Assembly (NCBI GenBank): GCA_963766715.1
Contig: CAVYBH010000002.1
Coordinates: 128,001-192,000 of the forward strand
Length of the DNA stretch: 64,000 nucleotides
Origin: an uncultured delta proteobacterium
Lineage (GTDB): Bacteria; Myxococcota; Myxococcia; Myxococcales; Anaeromyxobacteraceae
Direction: 5' to 3'
Part shown: piece by piece, positions 11,649-21,772 of the stretch
Numbering within the stretch: position 1 is the first letter of the stretch
Layout: each line of letters starts with the position of its first letter
The notes under the pieces: generated by a model
Told to the model about the DNA's origin: nothing
Database searches by the model: none
What the model saw: only the letters and a program-made list of their open reading frames with translations
Program-made: the position numbers and the translations under genes

Positions 11649-12846
11649 GTGAATGCACCCGGCGCCACCGCGTGGGTCCCGCTGCGGAGCCGCGCGACCG
11701 GGGCGCTGTGCGCGGGCACCATCGCGGCCTACGCCGCCATGTACGTCACGCAACCGCTCCTGCCGCTGCTCTCGGCGGAGTTCCGCGTCGCGCCGGCCAC
11801 CGCGGGCCTCACGGTCTCGGCGGTCGTCCTCGCCATCGCGGCCGGCTCCTTCCTGGCCGGCCCGCTCTCCGACGCGCTGGGGCGGAAGACGGTGATGGTC
11901 GCCTCCCTGTTCCTGCTCGTCCTTCCCACGCTGGGATGCGCCGCGGCCCAGACCTTTCCGCAGCTCGTCCTCCTCCGGGGGCTGCAGGGGCTCCTCATCC
12001 CGGGCGTGACCGCGGTGGCCGTGGCGTGGGCGAGCGACCACTACGCCCCGGGCCAGCTCCGCACGTCGGTGGGCGCCGTCATCGCCGCGAGCGTCGCGGG
12101 CGGCCTGCTGGGACGGGTGGCGAGCGGCATGGCCGCCGGGCGGGGAGGGTGGCGCTCCGCCTTCCTGGTCTCGGCGGCGATCACCGCCGCGGGCGCGATC
12201 GGGATGTGGCGGGAGCTGCCGGGGGCGTCATCCCCGCGCGCGCCCTGGCGGGGCGCCTTCTCCGGGATGCTCGGTCACCTGGCCGAGCGGCGCCTGGTGG
12301 GCGGGTTCGCGCTGGCCTTCTGCCTCTTCTTCGGGTTCATCGCCGTGTTCACCTACCTGCCCTACCGGCTGGCGGCTCCGCCGTTCCGGCTCTCCACCGA
12401 GGCCATCTCGTCGGCGTACCTGGTCTACGTGGTGGGCATCGTGGTGTCGCCGCTCTCCGGGCGGCTCGCGACCCGGGTGGCGCCGGAGCGGCTCCTGCTC
12501 CTCGGGCTCGGCATCTCCGCGACTCGGCGTGGCGGTGACGCTGGCCGACTCGCTCCCGGTCGTGGTGGCGGGGCTGCTCGTGCTGGTGATCGGGATGTTC
12601 ACGGCCCAGGCCATCGGGCCGTCCTTCGTCAACGAGGCGGCCACGCGGGCCAAGGGCGGGGCGAACGGCCTCTACCTCGTCTTCTACTACGCGGGCGGAA
12701 CGCTCGGGTCCTGGCTGCCCGGCCTGGCCTGGGAGCGGTGGGGCTGGCCGGGGGTGGTGGCCTCGAGCGTCGCGGCGCTCGCGGCGGGCGCGATGGCGGT
12801 CTGGACGCTCTGCTGGCCGGTGGTCCCCGCGCGTCAGCCCGGGTAG
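11649..12846 (+). CDS. MFS transporter (YnfM-like), frameshift near 12522
   Basis: MYVTQPLLP, GPLSDALGRK (MFS motif A), LYLVFYYAGG. About 12 hydrophobic segments across two frames. Confidence 0.88.
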
Positions 12847-13361
12847 CGCTCCCACCAGATGTCGGCGTCCCGCGGCGTCTCGAGCTTGCGGGCCTCGATG
12901 CCCAGCCGGCGCAGCTCGCCCAGGATCCCGTCGATGATCTTCGGCACGGACGAGCGCACCGTGTCGGTGAGGGAGGTCCCGAGCTCGGTGCTCTCCGGGA
13001 TGGTCCCCCAGAGCGTCACGTCGGCGGGCGCGCCCCCCGAGAACTCCATGGCGAGCAGCGCGTCGCGCAGGCCGGGCTCGTGCGGGCTCATGACCGTCTT
13101 CGTCCCGCCCTTCATGATCTCGGCGCGCTCGTAGCGCTTCACGTCGCCCGGAGCGCCCCGGTCGCGGACCGCGTCGATGAAGATCGCGGCCTCGGTGCCG
13201 TGGAGGAGCGAGATCAGGTCGAGCCCGGGCGTGCCGGCGTCGAGCACCTCGGCGTCGCCGACGAGGTCCCATCCGCCGGTGAAGGTGCGGGCGACGAAGG
13301 GCCCCAGCCCGTCGTCGCTGTTCAGGACGTTTCCGATGCCCACCACGACCACGCGCGCCAT
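12834..13361 (-). CDS. hybD: Hydrogenase maturation endopeptidase (HybD/HyaD family)
   Basis: VVGIGNVLNSDDGLG, LDAGT, FIDAV, SPHE. GAGGTG RBS; downstream of the large subunit. Confidence 0.93.
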   Translation of the reverse strand: MARVVVVGIGNVLNSDDGLGPFVARTFTGGWDLVGDAEVLDAGTPGLDLISLLHGTEAAIFIDAVRDRGAPGDVKRYERAEIMKGGTKTVMSPHEPGLRDALLAMEFSGGAPADVTLWGTIPESTELGTSLTDTVRSSVPKIIDGILGELRRLGIEARKLETPRDADIWWERYPG

Positions 13362-13370
13362 GCTCACCTC

Positions 13371-13410
13371 GAACAAAAAGAGAGGGGCGGGGGTGGTTGG
13401 CCCCCGCCCC
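13371..13410 (-). terminator. Intrinsic terminator-like hairpin between hydrogenase large subunit and protease
   Basis: Perfect 10-bp stem GGGGCGGGGG/CCCCCGCCCC (13384-13410) with a 7-nt loop, followed on the minus strand by TCTCTTTTTG. Confidence 0.75.
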
Positions 13411-13440
13411 GGATTCCGTCCCGGTTCCGGGACGGAGAGA

Positions 13441-15141
13441 CTACAGCACCTTGACCTTGGCGATCTCGGTTCCCTCGGCGTCGTGCGTGTGGATGGCGCA
13501 GGCGAGGCACGGATCGAAGGAGTGGATGGTGCGGAGCGCCTCGAGCGGCTTGTCGGGCTGGGCGATGGGGTTGCCCACCAGGGAGGCCTCGTAGGGGCCC
13601 ATCTGGTCCTTGCCGTCGCGAGGCCCGGCGTTCCAGGTGGAGGGCACCACGGCCTGGTAGTTCTTCAGCTTGCCGTTCTCGATGACCACCCAGTGCGAGA
13701 GGACGCCGCGGGGCGCCTCGTGCACGCCGTAGCCCTTGATCGTCCCGCTCGGGAACTTGGGCTCGACGTAGGTGGCCGTGTCACCCTTGCCGACGTTCTC
13801 GGCGAGCAGGCCCCAGTGCTTGTTGGCGAGGTCGGAGAGCACCGCCGCGCGGATGGCGCGCGCCGCGATCCGGCCCAGCGTCGACTCGAGCACGGCCGGG
13901 GTCAGCTTGGTCTTGGCCACGCTGCCGGCCACGTCGAGGCACCGGTTCGCCCACTTCTGGGTGAGCGCGTCCCCCTGCGCGTAGGCGATGAGCACCTCGG
14001 CGAGCGGGCCGACCTGCATCGGGCGACCCTCGAACCGCGGCGCCTTGACCCACGAGTACTTCTTGGCCGGATCCCAGGCGTTGTACTTGGGGTCGGTCGT
14101 CTCGTCGTAGGGGTGCTTGTCCCAGTTGCCGTCGTAGTAGGCGCGGGTGATGTCCTCGGTGACGTTCTTGCCGAAGTAGGGGTCCTTCCAGTCCTTGATC
14201 GGCTTCACGCCGGCGATGTCGCCGTTCAGGATCACGCCGCCCGGGGCGTCGAACTTGGTCGCCTTGGCGTCGGTGGGGAACTCGGGAACGCTCATGTAGT
14301 TCCGCACGCCCGCCCCGTACTTGAACCAGTCGGCGTACATGCCGCCGATGGCGCAGACGTCGGGGAAGTAGACCTGCTGGACGAACGCCGTCGCCTCGTC
14401 GAGCTTGGACTTCACCTCGAAGAGCTTGTTCATGTTGATGGTGGACGCCGAGTCCATGTTGATGGCGTTCGACACGCCACCCACGGCCAGGTTCTGGATG
14501 TTCGGCGTCTTGGAGCCGAGCACCGCCACCGCCTGCAGGGCCTTGCGCTGGTAGTCGAGGGCCTGGAGGTAGTGGGCCACGGCGAGCAGGTTCACCTCGG
14601 GCGGCAACCGCATGGCCGGGTGGCCCCAGTAGCCGTTGGTGAAGATGCCGAGCTGGCCCTTGCCCACGAAGTCCTTCAGCTTGGCCTGGACGGCCTTCAT
14701 CTCCTGGACGGAGTTGCCCGGCCAGTCGGAGAGGGACTGCGCGATGCTGGCGGCCTTGGCCGGATCGGCCTTCAGCGCCGAGACCACGTCCACCCAGTCG
14801 AGCGCGGACAGCTGGTAGAAGTGCACGATGTGGTCGTGCAGCGCGTGGCCGATCATGATCAGGTTGCGGATCAGCTGCGCGTTGAGCGGGATCTCGAGGT
14901 CGAGTGCGTTCTCCACCGCGCGGACCGACGCGATGCCGTGGACGGTGGTGCAGACGCCGCAGATGCGCTGGGCGAAGACCCAGGCCTCGCGCGGGTCGCG
15001 GCCCTGCAGGATGTTCTCGATGCCCCGCCACATGGTGCCGCTGGACCAGGCCTTGGACACCTTGCCGCCCTCGACCTCACAGTCGATGCGGAGGTGCCCC
15101 TCGATGCGGGTCACGGGGTCGATGGTGATGCGCTGGCTCAT
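13441..15141 (-). CDS. hybC: [NiFe] hydrogenase large subunit (Hyd-2/Hyb type)
   Basis: DPVTRIEGH, L1 motif QRICGVCTTVH, L2 motif SFDPCLACAIH followed by a cleavable C-terminal extension. Confidence 0.96.
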   Translation of the reverse strand: MSQRITIDPVTRIEGHLRIDCEVEGGKVSKAWSSGTMWRGIENILQGRDPREAWVFAQRICGVCTTVHGIASVRAVENALDLEIPLNAQLIRNLIMIGHALHDHIVHFYQLSALDWVDVVSALKADPAKAASIAQSLSDWPGNSVQEMKAVQAKLKDFVGKGQLGIFTNGYWGHPAMRLPPEVNLLAVAHYLQALDYQRKALQAVAVLGSKTPNIQNLAVGGVSNAINMDSASTINMNKLFEVKSKLDEATAFVQQVYFPDVCAIGGMYADWFKYGAGVRNYMSVPEFPTDAKATKFDAPGGVILNGDIAGVKPIKDWKDPYFGKNVTEDITRAYYDGNWDKHPYDETTDPKYNAWDPAKKYSWVKAPRFEGRPMQVGPLAEVLIAYAQGDALTQKWANRCLDVAGSVAKTKLTPAVLESTLGRIAARAIRAAVLSDLANKHWGLLAENVGKGDTATYVEPKFPSGTIKGYGVHEAPRGVLSHWVVIENGKLKNYQAVVPSTWNAGPRDGKDQMGPYEASLVGNPIAQPDKPLEALRTIHSFDPCLACAIHTHDAEGTEIAKVKVL

Positions 15142-15183
15142 GAGCGAATTCCTCTTTCGATGAAGTCGGGTACAGGCCGACGG

Positions 15184-16371
15184 CTAGTGGTGTCCCGACT
15201 CCTCGCCGACGGCGAGGATGGGCAGTGTCTTGATGAGGAGGATGAAGCCTGCGGCGCCGAGCGCCGCCAGCCCCACCGTGACCAGGGTCTCCCCGATGCT
15301 GGGGAAGTACTTGGCGCCCGGGCCACCATCGTAGGCGATGAGGTAGGTGTCGAGGCGGTACGCCGCGCCTGCCAGCAGCGCCAGGATGCCCGCGGTGAAG
15401 AGCTTGCCGCGGCTCTGCCGGACGCTCTTCGACAGGAACATCAGGCCGGAGACGGTGAAGAGCGCCATCTCCATCCAGAAGAAGGGCACCTGCCACGTCC
15501 AGTGGAAGGCCGCCTGGATCCGCCCCGACCAGATCAGGTCGGCGAAGCGGAAGGCCACGTAGAAGAGGCTCACGCCGCCGGCGACCTTGCCGATGTCGCC
15601 GAGCAGCTTCATGTGCGAGTTGTACCGGCCCGGGAACATGGTTCCCAGGCCGATCTCGACGGCGGTGACCGACCCGTAGCCCATGGTGAGGCAGGACACG
15701 AGGAAGGTGAACCCCAGCCAGCCCGAGAACCAGAGCGCGTGCACCTTGGTGGGCGCCATCATGTAGAGCGCGCCCAGGGACGACTGGTGCATCGTCGGGA
15801 GCAGCATGGCGAGCGCGATGATGAAGGGGAGCGCCGTCTGCCATGATCGGCTGGTACTTGGCCGCGAACTGCTTCAGCTTGGGCGAGCTTCGCCGAGGCC
15901 CACCTGGTCGAGCAGGGCCGGCGTCACCTCCACCCAGAGCACGCCCACGTACGTGAGCACGCAGAGCGCGACCTCGAGGAGGATGGAGTTGAAGTTGTAC
16001 CAGGGCGGGTAGAAGAGGAAGACCGAGCCCCACCAGCGTCCCAGGTCGATCATGACCGAGGTGCCGCCGAGGCTGTAGCCGATGGCGCCCACCACCACGG
16101 CCGGGCGGACCAGCGGGTGGTACTTGCCCTTGTTCAGGATGTAGGTCAGCAGGCCGACGCCGTAGGCGCCGGCGCCGATGCCGGTGAACGTGACCACGTT
16201 GATCGGCTTCCAGATGCCCCAGCTGTACTGGTCGGTCAGGGCGGTGATGGAGCCCACGCCGGCGAAGAGCCGGTAGACGACCAGCACGCCGGCCACCGCG
16301 GCCAGCGCCAGCAGTCCGAGGACCACCGGGGTGAAGAGCTTGCCTCCCATGGGGCGGGCGTCGGCGCTCAC
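15184..16371 (-). CDS. hybB: Hydrogenase-2 integral membrane subunit (NrfD/HybB family), frameshifts near 15840-15895
   Basis: YSWGIW, YHPLVRPA, IDLGRWW, FNSILLEVALC, LLPTMHQSSLG, YFPSIGE. Confidence 0.9.
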
Positions 16372-17288
16372 AGCTCCTCCTTCTTCTTGCCGTGTTCTGC
16401 CTTCCGCTCGGCGCTCATGTTCCGGAAGATGGTGACCGCAGCCGCCACGTAGAGCACGGCCGGGGCGATGAAGCCCTTGTAGGTGGTGTGCTGCACCGTC
16501 ATGGCGAGGCGCGAGGGCGGGACATCGGTGAGCTTCGGCAGGCCCAGGTCGGCGAAGTCGATGCCGGCGGCGGCCATGTACATGGACTGGTTCCCGCCTC
16601 CGTCATGCTCTCCGTAGATCTTGGGGTTGTACTTCTTGGGATTCGCCGCCATGCGCTTCTTGGCGGTGGCGAGGAGCTCCTCGCGCGTCCCGTAGATGAC
16701 GGCCTCGCGCGGGCAGACCTCGGCGCACGCCGAGCCCTGCTTCCCGTCCTTCCGCTCCAGGCAGAGGTCGCACTTGATGATGCGGGGCAGTGCGCTCATC
16801 CACTGGAACTTGGGGACGTTGTACGGGCAGGAGATCTGGCAGTACCGGCAGCCCGTGCAGCGGATCGGGTCCCAGGTCACCACGCCGTACTTCTTCTTCT
16901 GGAGCGAGCCGAGCATGCAGGCCTTCGTGCAGGAAGGCTCGAGGCACTGCATGCACTGCATCTTCATGAACGCCCAGCGGTCGCCCTTCTCGTGGAGCTT
17001 GATGACCGTGCGACAGTCGGCGTTGATGTCGGTGGGGAAGTCGTACGGCGCCCCGTTGATCTGCTTGACGCTCTTCTCGACCGGCATCTGGTTCGCCCGC
17101 TGGCAGGCGACCGTGCAGGTCTGGCATCCGATGCAGAGCGTGGAGTCGTAGAGCAGGCCACGGGCATCGGGGGGAACCGGAGGGGCTCCCTCGGTGCTGG
17201 CGGCCGCCGGGCGGGCCACGGTCGCGACGGCGCCGGCGGCGCCGCCCACGGCCAGGGTCTTGAGGAGCGTGCGTCGGGTGACGCTCAT
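16368..17288 (-). CDS. hybA: Hydrogenase-2 Fe-S subunit
   Basis: Tat motif TRRTLLK, four CxxC-type cluster motifs (CIGCQTC, CMQCLEPSC, CTGCRYCQISCP, KCDLC) and a C-terminal TM helix. Confidence 0.93.
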   Translation of the reverse strand: MSVTRRTLLKTLAVGGAAGAVATVARPAAASTEGAPPVPPDARGLLYDSTLCIGCQTCTVACQRANQMPVEKSVKQINGAPYDFPTDINADCRTVIKLHEKGDRWAFMKMQCMQCLEPSCTKACMLGSLQKKKYGVVTWDPIRCTGCRYCQISCPYNVPKFQWMSALPRIIKCDLCLERKDGKQGSACAEVCPREAVIYGTREELLATAKKRMAANPKKYNPKIYGEHDGGGNQSMYMAAAGIDFADLGLPKLTDVPPSRLAMTVQHTTYKGFIAPAVLYVAAAVTIFRNMSAERKAEHGKKKEEL

Positions 17289-18397
17289 GGCTTCTTCTCC
17301 TCGCGGGCCTCCCCATCGTCATCGACCTTGGAGAGCTTGGCTCCGTAGGCGATGCCGGCGCCGACCAGCGCGCCGCCCACGAGCCCGGCGACGCCGGTGG
17401 CGGCAGGGCTGATGGTCCCGGACTGGGGATCGATGGGGGTGTACATCGCCGGGGGCGTCGGCCCCTGGACGTCGATGGTGGAGAACAGCGGCATGGTGAA
17501 GCCGATGCCCTTCTCGGAGCAGCCGAAGCACTGCGCGCCGATGCCGATGGGCCAGGCGCCCACCGTGTCCACGTAGGACAGGAGCGAGCAGTTGTTCGGC
17601 GTCTTCGGGCCCTTGCAGCCGATCTTGTAGAGGCACCAGCCCTGGCGGGCGCCCTCGTCGCCGTAGCGCTGCACGAAGCGGCCGGCGTCGAAGTGCGGCC
17701 GGCGCGGGCAGTCGTCGTGGATGTTGCGGGCGTAGGCGAACTTGGGCCGGCCCTTGTCGTCGAGGGCCGGCAGCGTCCCGAAGGTCGCGAACTGGAGGAC
17801 CGTCCCGAGCAGGTTGTACGGGTTGGCCGGGCAGCCCGGGATGTTCACGATGGGCTTGTTGCGGAGGACGTCCGAGACGCCCGACGCCCCGGTGGGGTTG
17901 GGCGAGGCGGAGGGGACGCCGCCCCAGGAGGCGCACGACCCGATGGCGATGACCGCCGCGGCGTGGCCGGCGATCTCCTTCGTCATCTCCAGCGCGGTCT
18001 TGTCGGCGATGCGGCAGAAGTTGCCGTCGTCCTTGACCGGGATGGCGCCCTCGATCACGCAGATGTACTTGCCGTCATTCTCCTTGACCGCTGCATGGAG
18101 CGCCGCCTCGGCCTGGTGGCCGGCGGCTGCCATGAGCGTCTCCGTGTAGTCGAGGGAGATGAGGTCGAGGATGACCTGGGCCACGTCCGGGTGACCGGTG
18201 CGGAGCAACGACTCCGTGCACCCGGTGCACTCCTGGAACTGGAGCCAGATCACCGACGGCTTCTTCTTCTGGACCGTGGCGGCCATCTTCTCGGCCGCAG
18301 AGGCCGGGAGGCCGACTGCGGCCGCGGCGAGGCTGCACACCTTGAGGAAGTCTCGCCGGGAGACCGAGCTGAATTGAGTAGGGGACCGGTTGAGCAT
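17285..18397 (-). CDS. hybO: [NiFe] hydrogenase small subunit
   Basis: Tat motif SRRDFLK, ECTGCTES, GSCASWGG, PGCP, HDDCPRR, CLYKIGCKGP and a C-terminal membrane anchor. Confidence 0.95.
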   Translation of the reverse strand: MLNRSPTQFSSVSRRDFLKVCSLAAAAVGLPASAAEKMAATVQKKKPSVIWLQFQECTGCTESLLRTGHPDVAQVILDLISLDYTETLMAAAGHQAEAALHAAVKENDGKYICVIEGAIPVKDDGNFCRIADKTALEMTKEIAGHAAAVIAIGSCASWGGVPSASPNPTGASGVSDVLRNKPIVNIPGCPANPYNLLGTVLQFATFGTLPALDDKGRPKFAYARNIHDDCPRRPHFDAGRFVQRYGDEGARQGWCLYKIGCKGPKTPNNCSLLSYVDTVGAWPIGIGAQCFGCSEKGIGFTMPLFSTIDVQGPTPPAMYTPIDPQSGTISPAATGVAGLVGGALVGAGIAYGAKLSKVDDDGEAREEKKP

Positions 18398-18453
18398 CTA
18401 GCTGCCTCCGTCACGAAATCATTGCGTTGCGTCCAAAGCCGCTGATTTCGTTA

Positions 18454-18468
18454 TCAAGATGCGTGCCG
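18454..18468 (-). promoter_or_regulatory. Putative sigma54 (-24/-12) promoter of the hyb operon
   Basis: Minus strand reads CGGCACG-CATC-TTGA versus the consensus TGGCACG-N4-TTGC, with exact spacing, 56 nt upstream of hybO. Confidence 0.65.
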
Positions 18469-18540
18469 GAAACCGATTTGCGTCACCTGCCTGGGGGAAA
18501 GAGTCCCGAGAGACCCGCGCCTTAACGCAAACCAGGGGCT

Positions 18541-18573
18541 AATGACGCACCTGGGCGCAGCCGGTGCGTGATT
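18541..18573. promoter_or_regulatory. Dyad element, candidate enhancer-binding-protein site
   Basis: AATGACGCACC-N11-GGTGCGTGATT, an inverted repeat with one mismatch, upstream of the sigma54 element. Confidence 0.5.
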
Positions 18574-18688
18574 TCCCCCCGTGCCCCTCCGGCGGGTGTG
18601 CCGTGGCGCGCAGGCGATGCGCCCTCGTTCACTCGATGTACCATCCGGGTCTCGACACTTCGAGGGAACCCATGGCAACAAGGCGCCC

Positions 18689-19459
18689 ATGCGCAGGGTG
18701 ATCGTGGACATCGACGAGACAAGGTGTGACGGCTGCGGGGAGTGCGTCCCTTCGTGCGCCGAGGGCGCGATACGGATCGTGAACGGCAAGGCGAAGCTGG
18801 TCGGCGACGAGCTCTGCGACGGCCTCGGGGCCTGCCTGGGCGAGTGCCCGCAGGGCGCCATCCGCACGCTCGAGCGCGACGCGTCCCCCTTCGACGAGGC
18901 CGCGGTCGCGCGGCACCTCGGCGCCGCCGCGCACGCCGCCCGTCCTGCGCCGCCGCCCGCCGCCGCGCCCCGCCGTTCACTTTCGGTCGTGCAGGCCGCC
19001 GCCGAAGCTCCGTCCGGGGGTTGTCCAGGGGCTCGCAGCGTCGACCTGGGGCCGAAGGCGCCGCCCCGCCCCGGTTCCGACGCGGCCGGCGCGAGCCAGC
19101 TCAGCCACTGGCCGGTGCAGCTCGGCCTCGTCTCCCCGCGCGCTCCCTGGCTCGCCGGCGCGGACATCCTCCTCGCGGCCGACTGCGTGCCCTTCGCCTA
19201 CGCCGACTTCCACCGGGACCTGCTCGCAGGCAGGCGCGTGCTCGTCGGGTGCCCGAAGCTGGACGACGTCCAGGCGTACGTGGTGAAGCTCACCGAGCTC
19301 TTCCAGGCGGCCAGGCCGCGCAGCGTGACGGTCGCGAAGATGGAGGTCCCGTGCTGCGGCGGGATCGCCTGGGCCGCGCGGGAGGCGATGCGCCTCTCCG
19401 GGGTGGCGGCGCCCGTCGCCGACGTCACCATCGGCGTGGCGGGCACGCGGCTGGCCTGA
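18689..19459 (+). CDS. 4Fe-4S dicluster protein with C-terminal Cys-rich domain
   Basis: CDGCGECVPSCAEGAI, CDGLGACLGECP, WPVQL, AADC, GCPKLD, MEVPCC. The true start may be ATG 18672 (after GAGGGA) if there is an indel. Confidence 0.85.
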   Translation: MRRVIVDIDETRCDGCGECVPSCAEGAIRIVNGKAKLVGDELCDGLGACLGECPQGAIRTLERDASPFDEAAVARHLGAAAHAARPAPPPAAAPRRSLSVVQAAAEAPSGGCPGARSVDLGPKAPPRPGSDAAGASQLSHWPVQLGLVSPRAPWLAGADILLAADCVPFAYADFHRDLLAGRRVLVGCPKLDDVQAYVVKLTELFQAARPRSVTVAKMEVPCCGGIAWAAREAMRLSGVAAPVADVTIGVAGTRLA

Positions 19460-19538
19460 GCATCCGTGCGCGCCCGTGCGCGCATGGACTAGAATCGTTC
19501 CCATGGGCTGCCGGGTGGCGGCTCGCCGGGAGGTTCAC

Positions 19539-19886
19539 ATGAAGTGGCCGCGTCCAGTCGCCGTCGTCCTCGCAGCCGGTGCCATCGGGCTCGCCGGGCC
19601 CGCGTCCGGGGCCGACGACCCGGGTGTCGTTCCCTTCGATCTCGAGGTGGGCGAGGCGAGGAGGATCAGCTCCGGGCCGGTTCGCGAGCTCATCTGCGAC
19701 CAGGGCGGGCTCGTCGAGCCCGGCTTCACCGACTCGGGGGTCGTGCTGAAGGGGCTCCGGGCCGGGACCACGCTCTGCTCGTTCCGCGACGCGGCCTCGA
19801 TCCGGACGGTCCTCCGGGTCACGGTGCTCGCGGCGGCCCCTCGTCCCTCCCCGCCGCAGGGATCCCCCGCGCCCGGAGACAGGTAG
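19539..19886 (+). CDS. Small secreted protein, resembles a pilus-formation N-terminal/Ig-like domain
   Basis: GGAGG RBS, signal peptide, beta-rich body with LKGLRAGTT and two Cys. Confidence 0.6.
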   Translation: MKWPRPVAVVLAAGAIGLAGPASGADDPGVVPFDLEVGEARRISSGPVRELICDQGGLVEPGFTDSGVVLKGLRAGTTLCSFRDAASIRTVLRVTVLAAAPRPSPPQGSPAPGDR

Positions 19887-19903
19887 CGCGACCGGGCGAC
19901 CGC

Positions 19904-20332
19904 ATGGGGGACTGGAAGCGGATCGGCTGTGCCGTCGACTTCTCCGACGGGTCGCGCGGCGCGCTGGCCGAGGCGGAGTCCCTGGCGCGCCGGTACGGCG
20001 CCGATCTCGTCCTGATCCACGTCGCCGAGCCGCCCTCCGGGAGCGACCTCCCGCCGCCGGACAGCGCGATCGAGGCCATGCGGAGGGAGCAGGCTGCCAC
20101 GCTCGAGGCCTGGAGGGCCGCGTCGGAGCGAGGGATGGGGCGCCCGGTGGAGGCGGTGCTCCTCGACGGGCCCGCCGCGCCGGCGATCGCGCGCGCCGCC
20201 GGCGACCGCCGGGTCGACCTCCTCGTGGCCGCGACCCACGGCCGGCGCGGGTTCCGCCACCTGGTGCTCGGCTCGGTGGCCGAGCGGCTGGTCCACCTGG
20301 CGCCGTGCTCCGTCCTGGTGTTCCGGACGTGA
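19904..20332 (+). CDS. Universal stress protein (UspA family)
   Basis: IGCAVDFS, LIHV, DLLVAATHGRRG...LGSVAERLVHLAPCSVLV. Confidence 0.93.
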   Translation: MGDWKRIGCAVDFSDGSRGALAEAESLARRYGADLVLIHVAEPPSGSDLPPPDSAIEAMRREQAATLEAWRAASERGMGRPVEAVLLDGPAAPAIARAAGDRRVDLLVAATHGRRGFRHLVLGSVAERLVHLAPCSVLVFRT

Positions 20333-21754
20333 CCTCCTCGGCCGCGCTCGTCGCGCTCCTCGCCTGGGCCGCCGCGCCGATCCCCGCTCCAGACCGAGGT
20401 CGACTGGCTCCGTCCGGCGCGGACGCCTCCCGCATCGTCGCCGAGGCGCTCGAGGGGAGGTCGTACGACGTCCTGGCCCAGCTCACCGACGGCGTCGGGG
20501 CGCGGCTGGCGGGATCGGCAGGGCTGGAGGCCGCGATCCGATGGAGCGCCGGGTGGTTCCGGGCCCAGGGCATTCCGGTGCGCCTCGAGCCGGTGCTGGT
20601 CCAGCACTGGATTCGCGGGGTCGAGCGGGCCGAGGTGGTCCCGAGGGGAGGGGGCCGCCCGCAGCCGCTGGCCGTCACCGCGCTGGGAATGAGCGCGCCC
20701 ACCCGGCCCAAGGGGCTCGAGGCGGAGGTGATCGAGGTCCGGAGCCTGGAGGAGCTCGCCGCCCTCGGCCCCCGGGTGAAGGGCCGGATCGTCCTCTTCC
20801 AGCACGACATGCGCGACGCGGCCGGCTACGGCAAGTACGCCGGCCTTCGATTGCGGGGGCCCGCGGCCGCCGCGCGCCAGGGCGCCGCCGCCGCGCTGGT
20901 CCGGTCGCTCTCCACCGCCACCTTCCGCCTCCCGCACACGGGGACCACGCTCTTCCCGCCCGGCGAGGCCGGCCATCCCGGCGGCCGCGATCGCCGTCGA
21001 GGACGCCGAGCTCCTCCACCGGCTGCTCGGCCGGGGCCCGGTGCGCGTCCGGCTGGTCCTCGGCGGGCGCCTCGCGGACCCGCCGCTCGCCCCGTCCTCC
21101 AACGTGGTGGCGGAGATCCGGGGCACCGACCGGCCCGAGGAGGTGGTGGTGATCGGCGCCCACCTCGATGCGTGGGACCTGGGAACCGGCGCGATCGACG
21201 ACGGCGCCGGGGTCGCCATGGTCCTCGACACCATGCGCATCGTCGCCTCGATGCCCCGGCCCCCCCGGCGCACGCTGCGCGCCGTGCTCTTCGCGAACGA
21301 GGAGAACGGCGCCGAGGGAGGGGTCGCCTACCACGAGTCGAGCCTGGCGGCGGGGACGCGGCACGTGGCGGCGATGGAGGCCGACTCGGGGGCGGGCCGG
21401 CCCACCGGCGTGCAAGTGACCGCGGGGCCCGGCGGGGTCGACGCCGTTCGCACGATGGCGGCCGCGCTCGCGGCCCTGGGCGCCGCCGAGGTGAAGGAGG
21501 GTGGGGGAGGCGTCGACATCTCCCCGCTCGCCTGGGCCGGCGTCCCGCTCCTCTCCATCGCCCAGGACACCTCCCGCTACTTCGATTTCCACCACAGCGC
21601 GGCGGACACCCTCGACAAGGTCGACCCGCGAGCGCTCGCCGAGGCCACGGCGGCCTTCGCCTGGATGGCCTGGGCGCTGGCCGACGGCCCGACCCCCCTG
21701 CCGCGCCCGCCCCTCCCGGAACAGCCTCCCTGGTGGAAGCGCGCCACGCGCTGA
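20329..21754 (+). CDS. M28 family metallopeptidase (carboxypeptidase Q-like, PA domain), frameshift near 20970
   Basis: LTDGVGARLAGS, PHTG, GAHLDAWD, GAIDDGAG, ANEENG, HHSAADT. Confidence 0.9.
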
Positions 21755-21772
21755 TTATGATCCTCGCCGGTC

